From: Octopus bimaculoides
Lineage: Eukaryota
NCBI RefSeq assembly: GCF_001194135.2
Contig: NC_068986.1
Location: 34,503,840 to 34,567,839, forward strand
Direction: 5' to 3'
Length of the DNA: 64,000 bases
Numbering within the stretch: position 1 is the stretch's first letter; the number at the start of each line of letters is the position of its first letter. The position numbers and the translations under genes were made by a program. The notes under the pieces are model-generated. The model did no database searches. It was not told the DNA's origin and saw only the letters and a program-made list of their open reading frames with translations. Below, piece after piece: positions 37,627-51,667 of this stretch.

Positions 37627-38066
37627 GAAATGCTTGGTGGTATTTTGTCTGTCGCTATGTTCTGGGTTCAAATTCCACCGAGGTCGACTTTGCCTTTCAT
37701 CTTTTTGGGGTCGATTAGATAAGTACCAGTTACACTCTGGGGTCGATGTAATTGATTTAATCTCTTCCCCCAAATTTGAAGCCTTGTGCTTCCAATAGAA
37801 AGAATTACTGTTGTTGTTTTTGTTGTTGTTGTTATTATTATTATTGTTGTTAAGTGGTCAGCTGGTAGAATTCTTTCTGTGTTGATTAGAATGCTTTGTG
37901 GCATTTTGTCCGTCTTTACATTCTGAGTTCAAATTCTACCAAGGTCGACTTTGCCTTTCATCCTTTCGGGGTCAATAAATTGAGTACCAGTTGCATACTA
38001 GGGTTGATGCAATCAACCAGCCTCCTGCCCCCAAATTTCAGATCTTGAACCTATAGTAGAAAGTAT
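37627..38066 (+). mobile_element. Two tandem SINE B copies separated by (TTG/TTA)n
   Basis: Copies at 37627-37806 and 37852-38066. Others lie at about 33670-33818, 35055-35240 and 50196-50368. Confidence 0.8.
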
Positions 38067-38332
38067 TGTTGTTGTTATTGTTGTTTTATATTGGTGCAAG
38101 ACCTTGTGTATTGGAAGTGGAGTGTCGTTGATGAAACTGAACTAGTGTTATTGTTATTTATTTCATTGTGCTGGCATGGGTGGGTGATTTAGAAGTTTGC
38201 TTCACAACCACAAGGTTTCAGGTTCAATTTCTCTGCGCAGCACCTTTGGTAAAGTATTTTCTACTATAGCCCCACAAACCAACCAATAGCCTTGTAAGTG
38301 AATTCAGTAGATAGAAACTGCACAAAGACCGC

Positions 38333-38374
<42 letters not shown>

Positions 38375-39059
38375 GTGTGTGTGTGTGTGTATCTTCTGTT
38401 CTGAGCATTGCTGGGGATGGTGTTCTCTATTATCATTTCCTGTCAACAGGTTGTCCTGGTACNNNNNNNNNNNNNNNNNNNNNNNNNNNNNNNNNNNNNN
38501 NNNNNNNNNNNNNNNNNNNNNNNNNNNNNNNNNNNNNNNNNNNNNNNNNNNNNNNNNNNNNNNNNNNNNNNNNNNNNNNNNNNNNNNNNNNNNNNNNNNN
38601 NNNNNNNNNNNNNNNNNNNNNNNNNNNNNNNNNNNNNNNNNNNNNNNNNNNNNNNNNNNNNNNNNNNNNNNNNNNNNNNNNNNNNNNNNNNNNNNNNNNN
38701 NNNNNNNNNNNNNNNNNNNNNNNNNNNNNNNNNNNNNNNNNNNNNNNNNNNNNNNNNNNNNNNNNNNNNNNNNNNNNNNNNNNNNNNNNNNNNNNNNNNN
38801 NNNNNNNNNNNNNNNNNNNNNNNNNNNNNNNNNNNNNNNNNNNNNNNNNNNNNNNNNNNNNNNNNNNNNNNNNNNNNNNNNNNNNNNNNNNNNNNNNNNN
38901 NNNNNNNNNNNNNNNNNNNNNNNNNNNNNNNNNNNNNNNNNNNNNNNNNNNNNNNNNNNNNNNNNNNNNNNNNNNNNNNNNNNNNNNNNNNNNNNNNNNN
39001 NNNNNNNNNNNNNNNNNNNNNNNNNNNNNNNNNNNNNNNNNNNNNNNNNNNNNNNNNNA

Positions 39060-39385
39060 TTCCCAGACCGGGCGTTATGAGTGTTTATTGAGCGAAAACA
39101 CCTAAAGCTCCACGAGGCTCTGGCAGGGGGTGGTGGCGAACCCTGCTGTACTCTTTCACCACAACTTTCTCTCACTCTTTCTTCCTGTTTATATTCTACC
39201 TGTAATTCAAAGGGGCCAGCCTTGTCACACTCTGTGTCATGCTGAATATCCCCGAGAACTACGTTAAGGGTACACGTGTCTGTGGAGTGCTCAGCCACTT
39301 GCACGTTAATTTCACGAGCAGGCTGTTCCGTTGATCGGATCAACTGGAACCCTCGGCGTCGTAAGCGACGGAGTGCCAACAACTT
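39060..39385 (+). mobile_element. 3' part of a young GC-rich retroposon (5' end in gap)
   Basis: CpG-rich, with an abrupt compositional boundary. It ends in gtcgtaagcgacggagtgccAACAAC, a simple-repeat tail. There is a single copy in the window, and the family assignment is from recall of Octopus repeats. Confidence 0.55.
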
Positions 39386-39963
39386 GTATTTACTGGTGAC
39401 GACAGATTTGTAAGTTAACCTTGATGTACCTTTATGTACCTTTATGGTTCTATATATCAGGTACAAGTTTGCTGTGTTAAAATTATTATTTTTATACTAC
39501 TTAGGTAGTATTGGTCATGGTTAAGTGTAGAATTTCCACTGAAATTTTGCTCTGGCAGTAACTTATTCAATTTAAAAGTTAATTTTTTTTTATTCAGTAC
39601 TCTGTTAATTAGTCCGATCCTCTTTTGCTGCTATGTAACAAGCTATTAAATATGTTTATCTGATTAAGTTACTTGTTATATTGCATTGTTTAACAAATTG
39701 GGTTTGTTTTTAATTTTCTGTTTCACATAATTCTTGGAAATACACTCAACTTGCTACATTGAAGATTGTTGCTGGGTCTGTTGTGGAAGCTTTTATTTTT
39801 TTTTATTTGTTTCTAAATCAGGATAAATATGTCACACTTGTGCTCCTGTAATATATGATTTCTAACATAAAAACTATGTTGGTATCCAGTGTAATTCTGT
39901 CAAAGAAAAAAATGAGGAAATCCTATCTTGGAATGGTATTTTTGTAGAGGTTAGGTTAATTAA

Positions 39964-40176
39964 CCCTTTTGATACCAAACAACCTAGTCAGCTGCTATAA
40001 TTTCTATAAAGCAAACAAAATTTCTTTAAAGTAACTGAAATTAAAACCTTTTGTTAATTTATATTCCAAATGCCAACCTAATTATGACAAAGTTATTTTA
40101 CTAAATTCCTCATTATTTTCAAAATCAATTGAAACAAAAGCAGTTGTATATCAACAGAAATATTACATCGAAAGTG
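39964..40176. mobile_element. piggyBac-type MITE, family 1, opposite orientation
   Basis: TTAA on both sides (39960-63, 40177-80). The internal sequence resembles the reverse complement of 8832-9051. Further partial copies lie at about 29660-29740 and 52602-52793. Confidence 0.7.
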
Positions 40177-40196
40177 TTAAAGAATAACCACACAAC

Positions 40197-40622
40197 CAGG
40201 GCTGGATTAAGACCCATCGAAACCCTAAGCACTTAAAAGATTTTGGTGCCCCCATAAAAGATTATGTAATTCAAAATAGAAACAACAACAAACCATAAAA
40301 TAAATTTTTATTTTTCAAAACGAAACGAAATAATAAGAGGGAAAATAATGTTTATTTTTGTATACTTTCACTTTATTTATATTTGAAAAGTTTCCGCCTA
40401 CTTTTTTGAATTGCAAAGTCTTTGATCAGATCCTCAAAATTAATCTTAGGTAACACATCTGCATCTATACTTAGCAGAGGTAAAGGCATCCTGAATATTA
40501 TTTTAGCAAGTTTAAAGTGATTTCTTTTGTGCCGTAAACCATTTACCATTTCTGTGGTGCCCCCTCCCTCCTTTGATGACCTAAGCATATGCTTATTTTG
40601 CTTATTGGTTAATTTAGCGCTG
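40197..40622 (-). mobile_element. Non-autonomous hAT element (426 bp) with transposase C-terminal remnant
   Basis: The 8-bp TSD is cacacaac (40189-96) / catacaac (40623-30). Imperfect 15-bp TIRs (cagggctggattaag / gttaatttagcgctg) match at 11/15. The minus strand encodes LLSIDADVLPKINFEDLIKDFAIQKSRRK, resembling the end of hAT dimerisation-domain (ZMYM1-like) transposases. Confidence 0.8.
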
Positions 40623-41339
40623 CATACAACCATACTGATTTTACGCTAACTGGAATTCCTTAACTTTCTGGTTTATTCATGTCAGATGCTGGGGTTATTT
40701 AGCTAGAGTTTACTTCCTCCAGATTTTGCATAAACCAAGTCAATTATGGATAATTCAACAGCTTATTGATTGATCGCTCACTATAAAGTGATAAAATTGA
40801 AATTATAGAGAAGTATGTCTGAAATGTAAATTTAAATCGAAATTCAATAAATGATAAGTTACTGAACATTCAATTTTCATTTAACTAAAAAAAAAAAATT
40901 TTTTTTTAAAATAAAATTCTGTTCACAGTTATGATTGGGTCATATTTACAGCTTCTAGATTCCTAGATTGATAATTGTTGTTGTTAAGCAGCATTGAGTT
41001 GGCCCAGTTGGGTAGATTTATGAATAGAGGTTTTCCTGATGTGACCAACACATCTTACATTGTCATTGTGTAACTAGGAGTACAAGATCTCTTAGGTTCT
41101 TTTTTTTTTTTTTTTTCCATAATGTAGCATATATAGTTTGAGGAAATTATGACTGCTACATCAGATTAAGTCTTTACGTACAAATGTGGGTGAGTGCGTG
41201 AGTGTAAGACATGGGCAAAGAAAGAAAGAAAAGAAAGACTGGAGTTTTCTCTCTTTACGTTACGAAGAGTAATGAATTTTTCTGATCAGTAGTTTTCCAG
41301 TAATTTTCTGCTATTGATTAATATGAAATGAGACTTAAA

Positions 41340-41391
<52 letters not shown>

Positions 41392-42114
41392 CCATTATAA
41401 TTATTATTATTATTGTTGCTATTTCTGGTTTACTCATTGTTTATAAGGGGAACCCACACTCCACCCTTTTGACCTCCCTGTCCACCCCCACCGCACCCCA
41501 CCCCACCCCACACACTCATAGACAATGTTCGTGTTATTTATATTTACTGGTGTTGCCATTAAGTGGTCCAGATTAATTTTTTTAATAAGAAAACATAGCA
41601 GGATGTTAACTAAAATATTGCAAACACAGAGAGAGAGAGAATAAAGGTTTTTTTTCCCGTCCCTCTTTGTTTTTACTTTGTGTGTGTGTGTGTGTGTGTG
41701 TGTGATGATTGTCAAAAGCAATAACCCAGTTGGAAAGTACTTGGTAAACTTGATGTTTGCCAGCACTTATTGATGCCTGAACCAACGGACATAGAACGCA
41801 GTTCATTCTTAGGAAATAATGACAGATATGTTGGTGTTTTTATATGGCTATCAGATCTAGCATACATGTATTTAACTGCTTTTATTGCAATCAGAGCTAC
41901 ATTGCCTAAGAGACTTTCGTGTGTATGTAGGCAGTTGATGGTGTACACATGCTCACATACATACATGCATGCATGCATACACACAAACACACACACACAC
42001 ACACACAACGCACATATCATACTTACACTTGAACACATTCACATATACAAAAACAATTGTCTTTGCATGCATAGACACAAATGCTTTATGCTGAGATGCA
42101 AACATGCGCACACA

Positions 42115-42158
<44 letters not shown>

Positions 42159-43149
42159 CACTCACTCTTTGTCGTCAATGCAGGGACCAGTTGTTAATTG
42201 GTCTTGAGATTAGAAGAATCCGTCTCCATAGCAGATGATCAATAATGATACTAAAGGATTAGGAAACTGTTCGGTGATGGTGATGGTGATGGTGGTGGTG
42301 GTGTAGAGGTGGTGGATGAGGTGTAGTATGAATTATTAGATGGTTTATTTAAATGGTTTTACTGGAAACAATATTCAGACAAACACTGATAGTGTAGCGG
42401 TGGGGAGTTGCAGGGTGAACAGGTATAAGGTGTGGGGTGTTGGTATCGGAAAGGGGGTGGGGGTAGCAAAAGCTGTGCATACCAACCAGTTGGCCTGCAG
42501 CCGTTTACATAAGGTTAGGTTTAAATCTATAGTTCACCAGTAGAACACTGCTAGCGCCATCTTCTCTCTCCTTCTTGTTGTAGTGTAATGAAGTAGCTGA
42601 CACAGTTGGGTCTATAATGTAATCCTTCTTCCTGATAGAAAGTGTGTGTGTGTGTTTATAAGCGTATATCAGTTTCTACATACTTTTAGACATGTGCACA
42701 AATATGCAAGTGCAAACGCATGCAATAGTTACCAATTTCACAGCAAAGCTCATATGAACGACATGCGCATACATACACAACAGCCATCAAATGCCAGTGT
42801 TAAGCTAATTTTTTCCATCAAAATCCAGTGAGGATCATCTCTATGGATCTCTATGGATCCTTTCATGAATGTTCATCCCAATCCTTGATATGCAACTTCA
42901 GTTCCAGATGGGACGTATAAATTTTTAGTTAGAGAGTCCTGTTGTTACCCAGAGTACATTGCCTCTTTTCTTGCTTCTCATTTTATATATCTTCAGTTCC
43001 TTTTCAGCTTTGGAGCAGCCACAATGAATGGCACACTTTCGAACAAATTGATATTGTTTCACTTCAAAAGGCTGTCTAGCTGGTCTTTGAATCACTTCTT
43101 TAGACCTCCATCTATGTATTAGCTTTTGCCATCCCATATGATTACAGAC

Positions 43150-43520
43150 GTAAATAGCACCATTTGAGCGTGATCGTTATCAACGTCACCTTCCTGGAAC
43201 TTGTGCCAGTGGCACGTGAAAAGACATTCGAGCGAGATCGTTGCCAGTGCCGCCGAACTGGCTCCTGTGCAGGTGGCACGTAAAATACACCATTTTGAGC
43301 GTGGCCGTTGCCAGTACCTCCTGACTGGCCTTTGTGCCGGTGGCACGTAAAAACACTTACTACACTCTCAGAGTGGTTGGCATTAGGAAGGGCATCCAGC
43401 TGTAGAAACTCTGCCATATCAGATTGGAGCCTGGTGTAGCCATCTGGTTTCACCAGTCCTCAGTCAAATCGTCCAACCCATGCTAGCATGGAAAGTGGAC
43501 GTTAAACGACAAGGACGACG
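43150..43520 (+). mobile_element. Retroposon family C (ggcacgtaaaa subrepeats plus aggaagggcatccagctgtagaaac..catgctagcatggaaagtggacgttaaacga tail)
   Basis: Shared with copies at about 6105-6270, 11983-12063, 26040-26225, 29780-30008 and 59995-60158 (+) and 35335-35500 (-). Most copies end in (GAT)n, a LINE-mobilised type of tail. Confidence 0.75.
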
Positions 43521-44318
43521 TAGTGTTGATTCAAAGCTGCTGGTGTTGTTGGTTCAATGAAAGATTTTAATCCTATTTCTCAAGATGATTGGAATAAATA
43601 AAAACATAAGCTGTTAAAGACCTTCAGTTTCTTAATGTAAGTGCTGAATATAGTCTACGTCTCTTGCTCATACAAGAAAGGAAATACAGAATGCCCAGTA
43701 GCACAGAACCTGCATAAGGCAGCTGTAACTGTTGTTTAGAACCCTTTCTTAGACTTCCAAAAGATTCATAAGCCTTTCTAAGTTGTTTAGAAGGTGTTTA
43801 GCTGTAAGGAAACCTGGCAGAAGTCTTAGGAGGGAAGAGTTTATATGCTGACAGGGAGGACTCATTCATTAGACTTGCTTCCCAGTTCACTACATGGACC
43901 AGCCTAGTTACTGGCGGTGAACTGTAAGAGTGCTGCATGCACTAGAAACACACACGCGCACACCACCTAACACATACATGGCTAAAAAAAAAAAAAAAAT
44001 CCACAATACCTTATGTGCATACACAGCTGAAAACCTAATACATGCACATACATGTGTGTGTGTTAGCTTTATATTGGAGTTAGTCCTACCTCCTTCTCTT
44101 CCATCTTTTCCCTGCATTTCGACAGCTCTTTTGCAAGAAGAGGGTTGGCTGGATTGAGAAAGTAGTTTAGTGAGTGCAGAACAACAGGTGTTTTGAGTGC
44201 TAGGTGATGGTCTGCTTCAGTCTTTTCTTTCTGTTACAATCACCATTAAGGTTGGATGTTTGTTATGGCCATAGTGCAGAGTCCATTTTTTATTTAATTA
44301 TTTATTTACCTTCTTCCT

Positions 44319-44376
<58 letters not shown>

Positions 44377-45512
44377 NNNNNNNNNNNNNNNNNNNNNNNN
44401 NNNNNNNNNNNNNNNNNNNNNNNNNNNNNNNNNNNNNNNNNNNNNNNNNNNNNNNNNNNNNNNNNNNNNNNNNNNNNNNNNNNNNNNNNNNNNNNNNNNN
44501 NNNNNNNNNNNNNNNNNNNNNNNNNNNNNNNNNNNNNNNNNNNNNNNNNNNNNNNNNNNNNNNNNNNNNNNNNNNNNNNNNNNNNNNNNNNNNNNNNNNN
44601 NNNNNNNNNNNNNNNNNNNNNNNNNNNNNNNNNNNNNNNNNNNNNNNNNNNNNNNNNNNNNNNNNNNNNNNNNNNNNNNNNNNNNNNNNNNNNNNNNNNN
44701 NNNNNNNNNNNNNNNNNNNNNNNNNNNNNNNNNNNNNNNNNNNNNNNNNNNNNNNNNNNNNNNNNNNNNNNNNNNNNNNNNNNNNNNNNNNNNNNNNNNN
44801 NNNNNNNNNNNNNNNNNNNNNNNNNNNNNNNNNNNNNNNNNNNNNNNNNNNNNNNNNNNNNNNNNNNNNNNNNNNNNNNNNNNNNNNNNNNNNNNNNNNN
44901 NNNNNNNNNNNNNNNNNNNNNNNNNNNNNNNNNNNNNNNNNNNNNNNNNNNNNNNNNNNNNNNNNNNNNNNNNNNNNNNNNNNNNNNNNNNNNNNNNNNN
45001 NNNNNNNNNNNNNNNNNNNNNNNNNNNNNNNNNNNNNNNNNNNNNNNNNNNNNNNNNNNNNNNNNNNNNNNATTGATATTAATTAATATCCAATTTTTTA
45101 CCCTATTCTTTAATTTTTATATATATATATATACACACACACACACCCTTGTGCTACAAAACCCTCCATGACACTCCATTCGCTTTTTCACTTTGGCACA
45201 TCCACCACTACATTATATATCTCCTCCACTACAACACCAACGACCCACCCACACCAATTCTTCCCCCACCCCCACTACATTGTACTACCACCACCACTGT
45301 CGCTGCATCTACACCCAATTTATTCTCAATTACACTACACAACATTTACCAACAAACTTCATATATTCCAACTAACAACAGCCATCACTGCTCCCACTAT
45401 GGTGCTTATACTCCTTTACAATTACTCCGACCCCGTTTATATTTATCTAGCTATCACCTTTAATTACCTCTGGTTTTTCTTTCATTTGAGTTTTTTTCCA
45501 ATGTAATTTTGT

Positions 45513-46088
45513 GCAGGCATGGCTGTGTGGTAAGAAGTTTCCTTCCCAACCCTATGATTCTGAGTTCAATCCTACTTTAGAGAAGTGTCATCTACTACAG
45601 AAGTGTCATCTACTACAGACCTGGGCTGGTCAAATCTTCGTTAGCAAATTTGGTAGCTGAAACTGAAAGAAGCTACCAGTGCCATGTAAAAAGTGCTGGT
45701 GTCACATAAAAAATACTGGTGGTGGAGGTGGTGGTGCCATATAAAATGCACAGTTGATGGTGGCACTGGTGCTGGTGCCATGTAAAAAGCAGTAGTAATG
45801 GTACCTCATCAAAATGCATTGGTGCCACATAAAAAGCACTGATGATGGCATTATGTAAAAAGCACTGATAATGGTGCCACATAAAAATAGCATTGGTGAT
45901 GGTGCTATGTAAAAACACCCAGTACACAAAGTGGTTGGCATTGGGTAAGGCATCCAGCTGTAGAAACCAAGTCAAAACAGGCTATGGAACCTGGTGCAGG
46001 GTCCCTGGTCTTGTCGTCTCCTACCAAGCTATCCAACTCGTGACAGCATGGAAAATGGATGTTAAATGATGATGATGATGATGATGAT
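45513..46088 (+). mobile_element. SINE A head joined to a family C body with expanded subrepeats
   Basis: gcaggcatggctgtgtggtaag head, then about 9 degenerate ggtgccac/atgtaaaaagcact units, then the family C tail and (GAT)n. Confidence 0.7.
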
Positions 46089-48641
46089 GGTTACTGTGGT
46101 ATAGTAACCAATATCATTACCATCGTTAGCTTCTTCATCGACATTGCAGAAGACTATCAACATCTGTCATCACCAACACCAACTATCAGCATTATCACTC
46201 TCACCAGCCACATCATCTGATCAACACCACCACCATCGTCATTGTCGTCACCCCACCAACACTATCATCACTTGCTGTCAACAACATCACCTGTGAACAC
46301 TGGCACCACTATCATCATCATCACCATCATCATCATCACCATCAACTTCAGCTTCATTAGCCAACACCATTAACGTCTTTTCATTCGGGTGTTTTTTCTT
46401 TGTGTTTGTGTTTTTTTATATTTTTTATTCTAGCATAGTTTTAGTTTATTGTTACAAAAAGATGTCAGAGGAGTGAGAATTCCAGAATCTGTAACAATCT
46501 TTTTTTTTTTTCTGTTGAAGAGGCATCATTTTTCATTTGTGTGTTTGTACATTTGTGTTCATGTGTGTGTGTATGAGGGAAAAATAAAAAATAAGATAAT
46601 TAAATGAGATATCACTGGAGTAGTTTGTTTGATTGTTTTTAACTATTTTCTGTTATTGCATTTTTTTTTATATTAAAAAAAAGCTTTCTTAAGGCTATAA
46701 TTTCATTTTGCTTCCTCATAACCCCACCTCTTCTTTCCTCCCACCCCTGGTAGAGGTGAGGGTAGGAGGATGTGTTAAAAACATTACTTACAGGTTAAGT
46801 TTAACAGTTTAATTTCCTTNNNNNNNNNNNNNNNNNNNNNNNNNNNNNNNNNNNNNNNNNNNNNNNNNNNNNNNNNNNNNNNNNNNNNNNNNNNNNNNNN
46901 NNNNNNNNNNNNNNNNNNNNNNNNNNNNNNNNNNNNNNNNNNNNNNNNNNNNNNNNNNNNNNNNNNNNNNNNNNNNNNNNNNNNNNNNNNNNNNNNNNNN
47001 NNNNNNNNNNNNNNNNNNNNNNNNNNNNNNNNNNNNNNNNNNNNNNNNNNNNNNNNNNNNNNNNNNNNNNNNNNNNNNNNNNNNNNNNNNNNNNNNNNNN
47101 NNNNNNNNNNNNNNNNNNNNNNNNNNNNNNNNNNNNNNNNNNNNNNNNNNNNNNNNNNNNNNNNNNNNNNNNNNNNNNNNNNNNNNNNNNNNNNNNNNNN
47201 NNNNNNNNNNNNNNNNNNNNNNNNNNNNNNNNNNNNNNNNNNNNNNNNNNNNNNNNNNNNNNNNNNNNNNNNNNNNNNNNNNNNNNNNNNNNNNNNNNNN
47301 NNNNNNNNNNNNNNNNNNNNNNNNNNNNNNNNNNNNNNNNNGTGAAAACAGCAACAACAACAACAACAATAACTGCTGAGTTCTATATATCAAATTCATT
47401 AATTTATAAGTCTGCAAAGCTTAACAAGCCACCCAGCCTATAATTATAATTATACTTTTGTCACTGGCTTGTCAAACCGAATTAGTTAATTTCAATGAAT
47501 TAGTTTGCTGTTAATTGAAATAGAAGATGGAATAAAAATTTGGTGTTTCCAGCTTTTCGTTAATGATTAGACTGAACAGCTTTGAAATTTCAGTTTGAGA
47601 GAGAGAGAGAGAGAGAGTGGAGGGGTGTGTGAAGTGGCCATCACTCCTTCCTCTCTTCCAAATTTATTGAAGAATGAAGGAAAAGAGTGGGAAAATGAAA
47701 CATTTTTGTTGTTTTTCAGTCATTTTTTTTTTGTTCTATGTAGGGGTGGTGGTGATGATGATGGGATGGAAGTAAGGATTGCTTCATTTTTTTAAACTTT
47801 TTTCCACATTATTTTTAAAGGCAAAAGGAGTAGAAGAGGAGAATAAAATTAAAGTGCTTGGCATGTCATCCCTGGAAGTAACCTAGAGAGTTAGGCATTG
47901 TAGATATCCCAGACATCAAACCCTTGAAAAAGGAGCGATCGAGTTCATTTGAGCAGTGTTTGAATTCTGAAGTACATCAGCCATTGAACTTGTGTCATTG
48001 GATAGCATAAACCAGCAAAGGAATTTTTAAGTAGTTCAATATAGTTGTTAGATCTCTTTTTTAAAAAAATACATAAAAGAATACATACTCTCTATATGAA
48101 AACCACATGCATAGACCACATTAGAGACTGGTAGCAATTAGAATTCCAATCAGCTACTGATTTCATGTGGTGGTTGAACAGGGCACAGCATTAACAAATT
48201 CTTTCTTCATGTAAGATGCCTGCAGGCATTAACAACCATAGACTTCCAGGACACTGTCTAAGGATTCATAATTTTTCTTAGGAAACTTACTGAAGTGGTT
48301 TCTCATTACTTTCTATTGGTTTATTTCTGCTAGTCTCCTGCTCTCCTGAGCTAATTCTTGAGGTTTTAGACCAACCTATTTAGCTCTCAGGTACAGGAAC
48401 TGGTTTGTAGGGCACTGGGGCATGCCTGTGCACCTGTAGACCTGTATGGTACATGTCTAGGAGCCTTCACTCCTCCAAGTCTTATATGCTTTAGTCTCAA
48501 GACCTTCTACCATTTTGACCCATACTTGCTAGGTATTGCCACCTCAGGCTAGAGCAGACCTAGGAGTAGAGATGATGAAGAGGTAACTCAATACACCCTA
48601 AAAGCTTCTGAGCTGGAGTTTCACTCCTGGATTCAGTGAAA

Positions 48642-49033
48642 CCCTTTACCAATCAGATTACTGTGTTAAATGTAAAGCTTATTTATTCATATTGTTTTTT
48701 AATTAATCCAATCCAGTATTAACATGTTGCTTTGAGATTGCATATTTTTAGAATGACATTGTAGGGTAGGTGTAAGAGGCTGTTTGTACATAAAACTGAT
48801 TAAATATTTTGGGCAGTTTAACCCTTTAGCGTTCAGATTATTCTGCCAAATGTAATGCTTCCTCATTCTCATTGTTTTTCATTAATCACGCAGTATTTTA
48901 TAACTTTGAAATTATGATGATGTAATTATAAATTCTTTGATATCATAGAAGGGTAGAGGTGATAGGCTGGATCTGGCTGGCTAAAACAGATAGCATATTT
49001 GGGCCAGATATGGCTGATTAAATACTAAAAGGA
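48642..49033. mobile_element. Two tandem piggyBac-type MITEs, family 2
   Basis: Copies at about 48642-48817 and 48822-49033 share TTAA 48818-21. Both start with ccctttaNc..tcagatta and have similar internal sequence (ttctgccaaatgtaatgctt / ctgtgttaaatgtaaagctt). The right end is ctaaaagga|TTAA. Confidence 0.65.
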
Positions 49034-51228
49034 TTAAATTCTAAAGGGCTAAAGCCTTGCAGGACAAATTAATAAAGTATTGGTGTGTGTGTGTGGAGGG
49101 GTACTCCAGCCAAATTCCCTTCAAATCATCACTACCGTTCCAAGTAGGGAAAGATATAATTTGGATAATCATTCTAATGCATTATCTGCAATGATCATGG
49201 TTGGAGCACTTCTACTCATAGATCTACACAGTCAGGTTCGACCTGGGGCTAAATATCAATGATTTGATGCTGTCCAACCGGCTTTGCTATGTAAAGCATG
49301 TCCAGACTGTTACACTGCACTCAATGCAACCTAAAACGGTATAAAATAGTACACACACACACGGCTTGCTTCAGACCAGACTGAATCATGGCCTTTCTGG
49401 TGCACTGGCTGAAACTGTTGCTTTGAAACATTCAATCAAATATTTTCCATGTTATAGGTCTCTGTACAAGCAAAACTGACTCAACAACTACAACCACAAA
49501 CCACAGCAACAGCAGCAGTGACAAATCCTCTAACGGAACTTGTCTCATGTGCTTATCCTCTGCATTACATTGCTTCCTATCTGCTGTTTAATTATTGTTA
49601 TGGCTACTCGTCTGCATTGTTTTTAACCGCAGAGAACAATTTTCAACGATTAATGTTCCTGCTGCTTGTCATTGCACTTCTAAATTTACCTCATTTTACT
49701 CCATGTAAATTAGCTGTGACGCACGCAGGCGCGCGCGCGCGCGCACACACACACACACACACGCATGCGTGCGCGTGCATGTGGAAAAGCTCTGAGAGAG
49801 AGAGTGAGGGAGCTTCATTCATGAATGTGTAAGATATCAACACTAGGGAACTGGTATATTTGTCTCTTGGTGTTGCACTTGTGGACAGAGACTTGCTTCT
49901 TGTTCTCTGTGTGTATGTGTGTGTGTGATTAGTAATTATAATAATTCTCTCTCCACGCCCACCCTCACCCTCAAACACTAGCTTTCAACATCTCTCTCTT
50001 GACTGGCAAGCAGTCTGTCTGTCTGTCAGGAAAGATAAGTTAATCATTATAGTATATCATTGTTAATTTCAAGTTTCACCTGCTGTCATGGATGATTGTC
50101 ATCCCACCTGTAAGGAAAGTAACCTGTACTGGTTACCATTTGACATCGCTTGTATGATTTTATTATTATTATTATTTGTATTATTATTATTGTATTGAGC
50201 TGGTAGAATCATTAGCATGCTGGACATGTTCTGTGGCATTTTGTCTGTTTTTACATTCTCAGTTCAAATTCCGCCAAGGTCGACTTTGCCGTTTATCCTT
50301 TTGGGGTCGATCGAATTGACTGGCCCTCTCCCACCAAAATTTCAGGCCTTGTGCCCAGAGTAGAAAAGAATTTCTTTGGTCTTCACTTCATTATCATATA
50401 TCATTGCAAAGTCATGAGGAAAAGTTTAACATTTTGGGCAGTAGCTTTTATTGGGAACTGTCCAAAATGTTTTAACCCCATCGACTGCACAGGTCTTGGA
50501 GGGCCTGCTTTAGATTGTGGGGAGGAAGTGGGGGAGAAGATTATTTGCTTTCCATACTTGCTGATTGCTGATATAATAAACCAATCCTAGTTTCTTTGGA
50601 TTCTACAGTTTTATTTCTGCACCTCTTCCCCAAATTTGCATCTTCTTAACCTATATTCCTCCTCCTCCTCATAGTACTACTACTCGTCACTGAAGGAATG
50701 GACAGTAGAATCAATGAATTGCTACTGGACAAAGAAGTGCTTAGTTTATATTCTTTTACATTGTGACCCCTCCCAGGATCAATGAAAGAAGCAGCTTTCT
50801 CTCTTTCCCAGTTTTTGGTTTTGTACCTACCTACCTACCTTAAGAATTATTATTGTTAGTAGGATAGGATGTTGGCATGGTTGATAAGCATTGAAATTTA
50901 TCTGCTTTGTGGTTTCATTTTAATATATTCGAATGAATTTTGTATTTTATTTATCCTGATCAATAAATTTGTTATCAGTAATAATGAATTGGATTCTTAA
51001 CATTATTCTCCTTTCTTGGCAATTATAGGGTTTGTACCCAGTCAGCAGATATCAAAATTATTGATTTCCTACATAAACACTATACCGATTGATTTAAGGA
51101 GAAGGGAACAATCAATTAACCCATTATGATGCGAATCCATCTGAGACTGCCTCACATTCTATAATTACAAAGCCTCTTGTTTGAACATGGTCATATTTAA
51201 ATTAAAACCTTCCATTGTATCCCAAACT

Positions 51229-51605
51229 ATCTGTCTTTTATCTCTTACTTGTCTCAGTCATTGGACAGCGGCCATGCCAGTGCACCGCCATGAAGGCTTT
51301 AGTCAAACAAATCAATCCCAATATTTGATTTTTAAATCTGGTACTTATTCTGTTGATGTCTTCTGCTGAACTGCTAAGTTTTGGGGGTGTAAATGAAGCA
51401 GCCCTGGTTGTTAAGTGATGGTGGGGACAAACACAAATACCTGCATACAACAGACTTTGCAACAGACTATCGGATTCATTCACAAGGGATCAGTCGGCCT
51501 GAGGCTACAGCAGAAGATATTTGCTTAATGTGCTGCACAATAGGATTGAGCCTAGAAGCATATGATTGCAAAACTAGCTTCTTAACTACACATACATGCC
51601 TGCAA
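51229..51605 (-). mobile_element. SINE family A, diverged
   Basis: Reverse complement of head, body and tail. Other partial A copies lie at about 12123-12305, 19685-19830, 26900-27010, 38170-38340 and 54358-54540 (all +). Confidence 0.7.
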
Positions 51606-51667
51606 AAATGGTGGAACAAAGGGATGGGGGGGTGGGAGAGATCAACAAAATCTTTCTAAATCGTTAA

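Noticed and set aside
38264-39466. 400-aa ORF and other long X-containing ORFs
   Set aside because: The length comes from N-gaps, and the called parts are SINE or retroposon sequence.
43008-43123. Strong acceptor at 43007 with short open frames
   Set aside because: No good donor, all frames close within 40 codons, and the peptides are not recognised.
43155-43167. 13-nt match to miR-29 (tagcaccatttga)
   Set aside because: It is part of the family C subrepeat (a related sequence occurs at about 43287 and 60036), with no hairpin partner.
45676-45925. Repeat-spacer-like pattern suggesting a CRISPR array
   Set aside because: Eukaryotic context, degenerate units, very short low-complexity spacers, located inside a retroposon, and no cas genes.
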